A DNA stretch of 64,000 nt from Bacilli bacterium (GTDB lineage Bacteria; Bacillota_I; Bacilli_A; RF39; UBA660), in contig JAFXZI010000001.1 of NCBI GenBank assembly GCA_017541325.1, positions 5,624 to 69,623 on the forward strand. The letters run 5' to 3'. Shown piece by piece: positions 1-7,821 of the stretch (its first letter is position 1; every line of letters begins with the position of its first letter). The notes under the pieces are model-generated. The model was not told the DNA's origin. It did no database searches and saw nothing but the letters and a program-made list of their open reading frames with translations. A program made the position numbers and the translations under genes.

Positions 1-180
1 ATTAATTACATTTGTATTGTTTAAATTTCTAGAAGGGGTTGTTGCTTCATACAAACAAAATGACATTGTATTTTCTTTTAATTTAATTAAAATTTTATGC
101 ATTTATTACTCCTCCTATCATAAATATATTAACACTTATATTTATTTTAAACAATAAAATTGACTTTATTGAAACTATAG

Positions 181-203
181 TTGACAATGTCAAAATTGAC
201 AAT
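181..203. promoter_or_regulatory. Perfect palindrome TTGACAATGTCAA followed by a second TTGACAAT copy upstream of the surface-protein gene; candidate operator/promoter element
   Basis: Read directly: ttgacaatgtcaa at 181-193 and ttgacaat at 196-203, with aattgac also at 157-164. TATAAT is at 241-246 and the RBS agaggagg at 268-275 precedes the ATG at 282. Confidence 0.3.
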
Positions 204-281
204 TATTTTTTAAATAAAAATCATTATATTGAAAAGTTTTTATAATAATGATAATATTTTATTATAAGAGGAGGATAAAAA

Positions 282-1247
282 ATGAAAAAATTAAGAAATG
301 TAGTATTTTTACTATTAGTATCAGCATTAATGTTTGGAAATGCTTTACCAGTTAATGCACAACAATCAGTTGGAAATGGTAAAATTGAATATGAAGGTGG
401 ATATGTTGAATTTACTGATCAAGCATTTATATATGACTATTCATTTCAAGTAAAACTTGCTCCAACTTTACAAAATGGTAGAGAAATCGCTGTAAGTACT
501 TTATTTAAAGGGGCTGACGACACATATAAACCTGCATCAGATGATTTAAAAGCTAGAGTTGGTGTTGTTTGGTATAATCTAAAAGAAGTTGAATATCAAC
601 CTGAAGGATATGATCACAAACTAACAGGAAAAGAATTATATGATTATATTGTTACTGTTCAAAATGCAATTGATCAAGAAGCTGAAAACGGAACAACTAT
701 AACATATGATAACGCAACTAGTTCATCAAGTTCAGAAAATGTTAATAAATTAAATGCATTAATGAGAGCTGGAGGAACTGTTAAAGTTGCTGGAAAAGAT
801 GGTCAAGCTCTATATTGTTATGGTGATACATATCATCAAAAACTTGAATTACCTACAACTTGTTATGATGAATATTATATGGTAAGTGTTGTATTTGTTT
901 ACCTTGATGATAATGGAAATGTTGTTGATCAACGTAATGTTGCTAGAGCTTACAAAGTAGATGCTGATAAATCTAAATGTCCTGTATGTAAAATTGATAA
1001 CGGAAAATATTTTAACGACAAAGGTGAAGAAGTTTCTAAGGATGAATACAATAAAGCTTGTAATTCTTGTAAAGTAGTAAATAATAAATACTACAATAAA
1101 GATGGTAAAGAAGTTACTAAACAAGAATATGAAAAACTTTGTGGAAGTCCTAAAACAGGAATTGAAAATCCATACTTAATAGTTGCTATCGTAGTAGCTG
1201 CTGGTGCTGGAATTGCTCTTGTAAGTAAAAAGAAAAAATATATTTAA
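282..1247 (+). CDS. Secreted cell-wall-anchored surface protein with a C-terminal SPKTG sorting signal (sortase B-type (S/P)PxTG), hydrophobic segment and KKKK tail
   Basis: N-terminal signal peptide (MKKLRNVVFLLLVSALMFGNALPVNA). C-terminal GSPKTG plus hydrophobic stretch plus KKKKYI. Internal KYxNxxGxEVxKxEYxKxC repeats. Strong RBS. Confidence 0.7.
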   Translation: MKKLRNVVFLLLVSALMFGNALPVNAQQSVGNGKIEYEGGYVEFTDQAFIYDYSFQVKLAPTLQNGREIAVSTLFKGADDTYKPASDDLKARVGVVWYNLKEVEYQPEGYDHKLTGKELYDYIVTVQNAIDQEAENGTTITYDNATSSSSSENVNKLNALMRAGGTVKVAGKDGQALYCYGDTYHQKLELPTTCYDEYYMVSVVFVYLDDNGNVVDQRNVARAYKVDADKSKCPVCKIDNGKYFNDKGEEVSKDEYNKACNSCKVVNNKYYNKDGKEVTKQEYEKLCGSPKTGIENPYLIVAIVVAAGAGIALVSKKKKYI

Positions 1248-1249
1248 TA

Positions 1250-1283
1250 AAAAAATAGGATGATTGATTCATCCTTTTTTTAT
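1250..1283. terminator. Bidirectional rho-independent terminator hairpin (aggatgattgattcatcct + T-run) between convergent genes
   Basis: Inverted repeat 1257-1275 followed by tttttttat. Confidence 0.6.
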
Positions 1284-2084
1284 GTCTAAATATTCAAATA
1301 GTTTTTTTATATCCTCATCTTCTATATAACATGTTCCAATGTCACTATGATTACTATCTCCATGGAAGTCACTACCGGCAGTAAACAACAAGTTATATTG
1401 AGCAGTGAAATCTCTATATTTAATAGTATCGTTCATGCTGTTTTTAGGATAGAATCCCTCTATTCCATCTATTCCCATATCAATTATTTCTTCTTCCTTA
1501 AATCTACCTTTATTCAATATAGGATGTGCCCAAACGGCTATACCATTATTTCTATGCAGTAAATCTATTGCATCTTTAGTGTCTAGTTTTGAAGATGGAA
1601 CATAAGCTTTTGAATTATTATTTATATATTTATCAAATGCTTCTTTTTCACTAATACCATACTTTTCAGAAATAGCTTTTGCAATATGAGGACGAGCAAT
1701 TATTCCTCTAACATTTTTTCTTATTTTTTCATAATCAACACTAATATTAAAATATGTATCAAGTCTTCTTATTATTTCTTTTGCTCTGTTTTCTCTTGTT
1801 TCCTTCATTTCTTTAAAATAATCTATTATTTCTTGTTTTGGTTCATCATAAAAATATCCTAAAATATGAACACTTTGACCTTTATAATATGAAGATACTT
1901 CAACTCCAACAATAACTTTAATACGATCTACATTTTTTAGTATTTCTTCTTGTGATGCATCTAGCGTATCATGATCAGTTATAAATAAATAATCCAACGA
2001 TTTTTCTTTTGCTTTATTAATTACTTCTTCTAAAGAATACACCCCATCTGAATGAGTTGTATGACAATGCATATCAGCTTTCAT
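1269..2084 (-). CDS. PHP-domain metal-dependent phosphoesterase (TrpH/YciV-like)
   Basis: N-terminal MKADMHCHTTHSDG, internal HILGYF and C-terminal AHP...GSDFHG motifs typical of the PHP family. Confidence 0.7.
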   Translation of the reverse strand: MKADMHCHTTHSDGVYSLEEVINKAKEKSLDYLFITDHDTLDASQEEILKNVDRIKVIVGVEVSSYYKGQSVHILGYFYDEPKQEIIDYFKEMKETRENRAKEIIRRLDTYFNISVDYEKIRKNVRGIIARPHIAKAISEKYGISEKEAFDKYINNNSKAYVPSSKLDTKDAIDLLHRNNGIAVWAHPILNKGRFKEEEIIDMGIDGIEGFYPKNSMNDTIKYRDFTAQYNLLFTAGSDFHGDSNHSDIGTCYIEDEDIKKLFEYLDIKKG

Positions 2085-2086
2085 TT

Positions 2087-2287
2087 TTAATCACCATAGT
2101 CCATATAATCATCATATTCTTTTTTATATAACTCATCATACGTATAATCTGCTAAAGCCTCTGTTCCTTCATCAGTATAAACTGCTTTTCTTTTTATTTC
2201 TTCTATTGTTTTTTTATCAAATTCTTGTTTTTCATTTTCCATACTATCACCTATAATTACATTATAACAAAACACAAAAAAAATCAC
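2087..2287 (-). CDS. Small acidic hypothetical protein
   Basis: ORF only; D/E/Y-rich; real start probably the internal MENEK. Confidence 0.3.
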   Translation of the reverse strand: MIFFVFCYNVIIGDSMENEKQEFDKKTIEEIKRKAVYTDEGTEALADYTYDELYKKEYDDYMDYGD

Positions 2288-2297
2288 ATTACTGTGA

Positions 2298-2951
2298 TTA
2301 TTTATTTTTAATTTTATTTACATATTCATTTATTTTTATTGACCAGGAAGTTGATTCTGCATATTTTTTATTCATTTTTTCTGGAGTATTTAATCCTTTT
2401 TTATAATAACCATAATATAAGTTATCTATAAATTTATTAATTCCAGCATCAATAGATGCAAAATGAATATATCCTTTTCCACCCTTCATACCACCAACAT
2501 TATAATATTTAGTAGATAAAGAACTACATCTATAACTACATCCTGTTTCATGTAACATAATAGCAACTGCAACATATGGATCTACTCCATATTTTAAACA
2601 TCTAGTAGCAATTAAATTTCCTTTATTTGCTAAAACACCTTTTAATGATTTATTTAATTTTTCACTAAGTTCATTTAAAGTCATACCATCATATACTTCT
2701 ACTCTAACTATGTTCTTAGCAACACCACTTATATCATCATTATTAATTACATTATCAACATTATAGGCTATATTACCTATATTTTGAACCTCTTTAGCAG
2801 TTTTAGTAGCTTTAGTAGTTTCTAATGTATTTATACTATTGGCTAAATATACTTTATCAGTATTTATATATAACCCAAAAATAATTAGTAAAACACCTAA
2901 TATTATTAAGAAATGGCTAATTTTCAATATAAACACCTTCCTCGAAAACAA
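2298..2951 (-). CDS. Membrane-anchored peptidoglycan hydrolase with a glucosaminidase (FlgJ-like) domain
   Basis: N-terminal TM helix; motif AIMLHETGCS...YYNVGGMKG resembles the glucosaminidase signature (ESGWG...NNLFGIK). Confidence 0.5.
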   Translation of the reverse strand: MFSRKVFILKISHFLIILGVLLIIFGLYINTDKVYLANSINTLETTKATKTAKEVQNIGNIAYNVDNVINNDDISGVAKNIVRVEVYDGMTLNELSEKLNKSLKGVLANKGNLIATRCLKYGVDPYVAVAIMLHETGCSYRCSSLSTKYYNVGGMKGGKGYIHFASIDAGINKFIDNLYYGYYKKGLNTPEKMNKKYAESTSWSIKINEYVNKIKNK

Positions 2952-2997
2952 TTACATTTTATCATATAATAATACATAAAATCAAATAAGAGGAAGG

Positions 2998-3654
2998 TTA
3001 CTCTTCCTCTCTTCTTTTTAAATGTCCATATATTTTTACTAAATCTTCATCCTCATAATATTTTATAGCGACATAATCTCCTTCTTTATAGTCTTCATTA
3101 TATTCGGATGAGTCATCTAATTTAGCTATTAATAAGTCTGGTCTTTTATCCATTATTCCTTCAATTGTTACATATAGATATTCATCTACTTCTTGTTCTT
3201 TGTTTTCAAGGACTGCTTCTATATCATCAGGATATCTTTCATCTCTAAATTTGTCTAAATAAACAAATTCTCTTGTTGATAAAAAATTGTTAATATTCTT
3301 ATATTCTGAATCAATTTTATTAGAAATTATATTAGTTCCTTCTACGTTTTTAATTATTTCTTCATCAATTATTTCAACATCTAATTTTATTTTTTTCATA
3401 AATTCATAATCAATAATTAAATCATCTTCTAAAAAATCTTCATTAATAAAAATACGATATTTATAATCTCTTTCAAAATTACCAACAATTCTTAAAGATA
3501 TACCTTCTTCTTTATCAATAAATAAATAACCAAAAATTGGGGAAATTAATTCTTTTCTTTTTAATTTTTTTGCAATCTTTTTACAACTTTTTCTATTCTC
3601 AATTCCAACCCATCTACGATCAAAATCTCTAAACAATTCTCCATTAACTTTCAT
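2998..3654 (-). CDS. Hypothetical cytoplasmic acidic protein
   Basis: ORF with consistent coding composition; no recognisable motif. Confidence 0.35.
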   Translation of the reverse strand: MKVNGELFRDFDRRWVGIENRKSCKKIAKKLKRKELISPIFGYLFIDKEEGISLRIVGNFERDYKYRIFINEDFLEDDLIIDYEFMKKIKLDVEIIDEEIIKNVEGTNIISNKIDSEYKNINNFLSTREFVYLDKFRDERYPDDIEAVLENKEQEVDEYLYVTIEGIMDKRPDLLIAKLDDSSEYNEDYKEGDYVAIKYYEDEDLVKIYGHLKRREEE

Positions 3655-3662
3655 CGTATCAC

Positions 3663-4088
3663 CTATTTTTCTTCTTTTATTTTTGCTTCTTTAATAGTAC
3701 TTAATTTTAATTCTTTATACTTAGTATATAGATGTATAAACATAGCATATACTACTAATTTAAATACTGTTCCTCCACTAAAGAATAATATTTTAGTGCC
3801 AGCAAAACCATCTATTTTAAATAATATATCAAAAATTACTAAACCATAACCTAATAATTCACTATGGATTTCTTTTCCTAAATAATATAATCTTGCGATT
3901 GGTATCCATACTAATAATGAACTTTTACCATATTTTAATTTGCTATGTTTCTCCATTAAAGCAGAAGTTATTATATAAAGAAAAATAGCTATTACAATCC
4001 ATATAATTAGTATAATAACAGCAAAGATAAATAAACCTTTTACTAAGCCTAATAGAAAATCCCATATTCCCATATTATCACCTAACAT
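3663..4088 (-). CDS. Small integral membrane protein (3-4 TM)
   Basis: Hydrophobic helices; no motif. Confidence 0.35.
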   Translation of the reverse strand: MLGDNMGIWDFLLGLVKGLFIFAVIILIIWIVIAIFLYIITSALMEKHSKLKYGKSSLLVWIPIARLYYLGKEIHSELLGYGLVIFDILFKIDGFAGTKILFFSGGTVFKLVVYAMFIHLYTKYKELKLSTIKEAKIKEEK

Positions 4089-4100
4089 TATTATATCATA

Positions 4101-4760
4101 TTATTTAACTAAGTTAATAAAAGTATTAGGTACATCAACTTCAAAAGTCATTTCTTTGTTTGTAATTGGATTTATTAATACTAATTTATTTGCATGAAGA
4201 GCCATTCTATTAATTGGATTTGACTTAGATTCATATTTTTTATCTCCAACAATTGGACAACCTAAATCTTTCATATGAACTCGTATTTGATTTTTTCTAC
4301 CTGTATCAATTGTAATTGCAAGCATTGTATATTTTTTATTATTCATTATAGTTCGATAATGAGTTATAGCTTCTTTTCCATCGCCTTTTTTATTTGAAGA
4401 ATAAACAAGTAGCGTTTTAGTTTCTTTTAAATATGATTTTATAATTCCTGATTCTTGTTCTGGTTTACCTTCAACTATAGCAACATATTCACGTACTTTT
4501 GCTAATTTTTCCCAATTATCTTGTAATAATCTTTTCAAAGATTCAGATTTTGCAAAAACGACAATTCCACTTGTATCTTTATCTAATCTATGAACTATAA
4601 ATATTTTTTGGTTCTTTTTTTTAACATAGTTAATTGCTTTATGAAATAATGTTTTTTCTTTTTCATTATCAGTTGAAATAGTCAATAATTTTGCAGGTTT
4701 GTTAACAACTAAAAGATCTTTATCTTCATATACAATATCTAATCTATCTTTTTTATTCAT
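4101..4760 (-). CDS. RluA-family pseudouridine synthase
   Basis: HRLDKDTSGIVVFAKS catalytic Asp motif of RluA/TruC-type synthases. Confidence 0.8.
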   Translation of the reverse strand: MNKKDRLDIVYEDKDLLVVNKPAKLLTISTDNEKEKTLFHKAINYVKKKNQKIFIVHRLDKDTSGIVVFAKSESLKRLLQDNWEKLAKVREYVAIVEGKPEQESGIIKSYLKETKTLLVYSSNKKGDGKEAITHYRTIMNNKKYTMLAITIDTGRKNQIRVHMKDLGCPIVGDKKYESKSNPINRMALHANKLVLINPITNKEMTFEVDVPNTFINLVK

Positions 4761-4815
4761 ACTATCACCAACAAGATAATTTTATCATAAAAAAATAGAG
4801 TTTTTAACTCTATTT

Positions 4816-7800
4816 TTATGTATTAATTTCAACGTTATCCCACTCTTCATCAGTAAGTAACCAGTTAACTGCACGGTGTCTTTCAATTACTACTTCAGAG
4901 TTAATAGATGGTTCTAGGCCTTTTGCTTCACAATCTACACAATACCAATCATATCTATAGATTAAATCTGCTAAATCTAGTACATCTTGAACGTCTCTAA
5001 ATAAGCATTTTTCTGTAAATTCTTTATAACTTCCACAAGATGATACGATTGAAGTTATATCATCTGGATCTACTAATACATCTGGAAAAGGTATTTCTTC
5101 AATTAAACCTAAGCACCACATTAGTATTAAATTTCCTTCAAATTGCCATGATATTTGCATAGCAAGATCCTTATCCATCTTATTGAATAATTCTCTTTCT
5201 TCATTTGTCATTGCGCTTCTTACATTAAATGTATCTAAAAGATTATTAAAGAATTTTTTAGAATTTTTTAAATATTTCTTTTTATTATTATTTACTACAT
5301 CACTAGCAAAATTACATACTATTGAAAGAACTATTGCTCGTTTTGCAACTTGATCAAATGTTTTTCCATTTACTTCATAACTGCTCATTATTGGAGGTAA
5401 ATCAATATTATAAGGTATTCCTTGTTCTTGAAGTAAACTTATAGTATTCATCTTACGATCATATGATTCTATAAATTGATTGTTTGATTCGCCTACTTGT
5501 AAGTTTTCTAATGCAATATTTGCTTGTAGTAGTTTTTCATCATTGTTAACAGCTGAAATAGCTACTAAATAACCATATAAATAAGCTGTTTTATAAAATC
5601 TTCCATTACTTAGAATATAAGTATTAACTTTGATACTGTTAGCATCACTTTCATATTTATCTAATAATGAATAATTGTTTGATTCAAAGTTCTTCTTCAT
5701 CCAGTCATCTAATTTATATAGATAATCATCATAAGTATTACATTTAAATAAGAACACTCTAAATGATAGAACTCCATAATCTTGAATATCAAATACATTA
5801 AAGTCTCTTAATACTTTAATACCAGATCCTTTTGGAAATATAAATCTAAATAGACCATGACCACTAATATTATGATAGTATTCTTCATAATCATTTGGAT
5901 TGTATTCAAAGACATCAAATTCACGTTTTTTAACAACTTCATCTCGTTTATCTGAAGGTTCACCATTTATATCAATAGCATATCTTTTTTCTTTTCCATA
6001 AACTACTATATGTTCGGTTACTATTTCTTTTTTAGGATCTAAATCTCCTTCATCAACTTCTTCTAAATTATAAGCATATTTCTTTCGAGCAGCTTCTAAT
6101 TCCTTAATTTTTTCTGGATTAAGCTCAATACCTTCATTAAAGATATCTTCAAAGTCCATTAAATAAATATTACTTACTTCATTTGGAACTATTTCTTCAT
6201 TTACAACAGGAACTTCTTCACGAAGAATATCTTTTAAATCAATTGCATATTTATTTTTAACTTCTTTTTTTACAGTTACTTCTCTAGCAAACATAGGTGC
6301 TAAATCAATGACATATTTATTTGGCTTTTCAATTTCTTTTTCTTCTATTTGATTTTTCTTGCCTTTTTTATGTTTATCTTTTTTACGTTTTTTCTTTTTT
6401 CCAGAATCTTTATTATCTTTTATAATATCAAGTTCATTATCTAAAACTGGTTCTGTTTTATTTGGTATATCTTCTTTTAAAGTTATATCTTCTTCAAATA
6501 TAGGATTCAAATCCATCTTTGGTTTATCTTCTTGTTTTTGAGTCGTTTCATTTTCAAACACATTGTTCATATTCATTATGTCTTGGTTTGAATCTTTTTT
6601 TAATACGTCTGGATTTAAAGTCATTCCACCTTCAAACACGTTGTTCATGTCCATCATGAATTGATTTGTTTTTTCTTCACTTCTTTTTAATGTTATTCCT
6701 TCTTTAAATACAGGTGTTAAATCCATCATATATTCATTCTTAACTTCATTATTCTCATATGATTTTATTCTTTTAAGTCTTTCTTTTGAATTTGGGAAAA
6801 TATTATATTTTAAGAAATCTTCATGAGACTCTTCTTCTAATACCATAATAATCTCATTAAATATTCCGCATAATATATCAATATTTTCTCCGTCCATTGG
6901 AATAAGTAAATAAGCATCTCTATTTTTCATAGACCAATATGAATTTGTACAAGGCTTATCATATCCAACATCATACTTAGTTAAATCATCCCAATAAATA
7001 GACAAGATTCTATGTATTTTTTTAGCAAAAGCTTCATCTTCTTTTACATAAACGAATTCGTCTTTTAGTCCTGAAAAATATATTTCATTATCTATTACAG
7101 ATAACATAACGATATCACTATCTACTGTATATACATATTTAAAATAATACTCAGGAACAACTATATTTTTATACTTACAATCTGTTTCAATACTAATTTG
7201 AGCAGTTGTTTTTTCTTTAGCAACGATTCTTTTAACAGAAATTGGTTCCTCTGGATCAATATCTTCGATAGACACAAAGATTGGGGGATTGATTGGGGTA
7301 ATTACTTTCATGTTAGAAAGAATCTTTGCTAAAACCTTAAAATTAGGATCTTGATTTAGTTTTTTATTATCAAATATTTTAGAATTTTGACTAAGATTAA
7401 TGGTAAAATCAATAACCATTCCATTAATTAGAGCGAAGGCATTTAATATTTTTTTATTTCCTCCATCTATAACTAAATATTTAATTGTAACCTTTTCGTA
7501 TTCTTCTTCTTTTTGATAAAGAATATTATGTCCTTTAAATTCTGATTTAGAGAATATTTTATTATACTTTCTTTTATCCGCAAAGCCACTAAACATAGCA
7601 GTTAAAGATGTAAATTCATCTATTACAAATACGAATAATGTATTATTAGCGATTCCTAATGACTCATATGATGATTTTTTTACTTCTACCCAAGTATCAG
7701 GAATTTCTATAGAAAAGCCGATATTTCTTTCTACAAAATTAATTCTTCCTGTAGTTTGCTTTTGTTGAGTAGCTTGGTTGTTTTTCTTCTTCTTTTTCTT

Positions 7801-7821
7801 CTTAGAATTATAGTTCATCAT
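4816..7821 (-). CDS. Giant cytoplasmic hypothetical protein (about 1000 aa) with K/E-rich low-complexity and a tandem Y-x-[MI]-D-[LM]-x-x-[IV]-F-x-E-[GD] short-motif repeat array; paralogous in organisation to the upstream gene
   Basis: Repeats LTPVFKEG, MDMNNVFEGG, MNMNNVFENE, MDLNPIFEED, IDLAPMFARE, IDLKDILREE, MDFEDIFNEG. Start moved to the ATG at 7821, which has the RBS AAAGGTGG. Overlaps the upstream gene by about 14 nt. Confidence 0.6.
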   Translation of the reverse strand: MMNYNSKKKKKKKNNQATQQKQTTGRINFVERNIGFSIEIPDTWVEVKKSSYESLGIANNTLFVFVIDEFTSLTAMFSGFADKRKYNKIFSKSEFKGHNILYQKEEEYEKVTIKYLVIDGGNKKILNAFALINGMVIDFTINLSQNSKIFDNKKLNQDPNFKVLAKILSNMKVITPINPPIFVSIEDIDPEEPISVKRIVAKEKTTAQISIETDCKYKNIVVPEYYFKYVYTVDSDIVMLSVIDNEIYFSGLKDEFVYVKEDEAFAKKIHRILSIYWDDLTKYDVGYDKPCTNSYWSMKNRDAYLLIPMDGENIDILCGIFNEIIMVLEEESHEDFLKYNIFPNSKERLKRIKSYENNEVKNEYMMDLTPVFKEGITLKRSEEKTNQFMMDMNNVFEGGMTLNPDVLKKDSNQDIMNMNNVFENETTQKQEDKPKMDLNPIFEEDITLKEDIPNKTEPVLDNELDIIKDNKDSGKKKKRKKDKHKKGKKNQIEEKEIEKPNKYVIDLAPMFAREVTVKKEVKNKYAIDLKDILREEVPVVNEEIVPNEVSNIYLMDFEDIFNEGIELNPEKIKELEAARKKYAYNLEEVDEGDLDPKKEIVTEHIVVYGKEKRYAIDINGEPSDKRDEVVKKREFDVFEYNPNDYEEYYHNISGHGLFRFIFPKGSGIKVLRDFNVFDIQDYGVLSFRVFLFKCNTYDDYLYKLDDWMKKNFESNNYSLLDKYESDANSIKVNTYILSNGRFYKTAYLYGYLVAISAVNNDEKLLQANIALENLQVGESNNQFIESYDRKMNTISLLQEQGIPYNIDLPPIMSSYEVNGKTFDQVAKRAIVLSIVCNFASDVVNNNKKKYLKNSKKFFNNLLDTFNVRSAMTNEERELFNKMDKDLAMQISWQFEGNLILMWCLGLIEEIPFPDVLVDPDDITSIVSSCGSYKEFTEKCLFRDVQDVLDLADLIYRYDWYCVDCEAKGLEPSINSEVVIERHRAVNWLLTDEEWDNVEINT

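Noticed and set aside
849-1124. 91-aa minus-strand ORF inside the surface-protein gene
   Set aside because: Antisense to a well-supported CDS; low-complexity I/F/N-rich translation typical of AT-rich antisense frames.
1347-1562. 71-aa plus-strand ORF inside the PHP phosphoesterase gene
   Set aside because: Antisense overlap, no RBS, hydrophobic junk composition.
6359-6541. 60-aa ORF antisense to giant protein 1
   Set aside because: Generated by the K/E-rich (AAG/GAA) repeats on the opposite strand.
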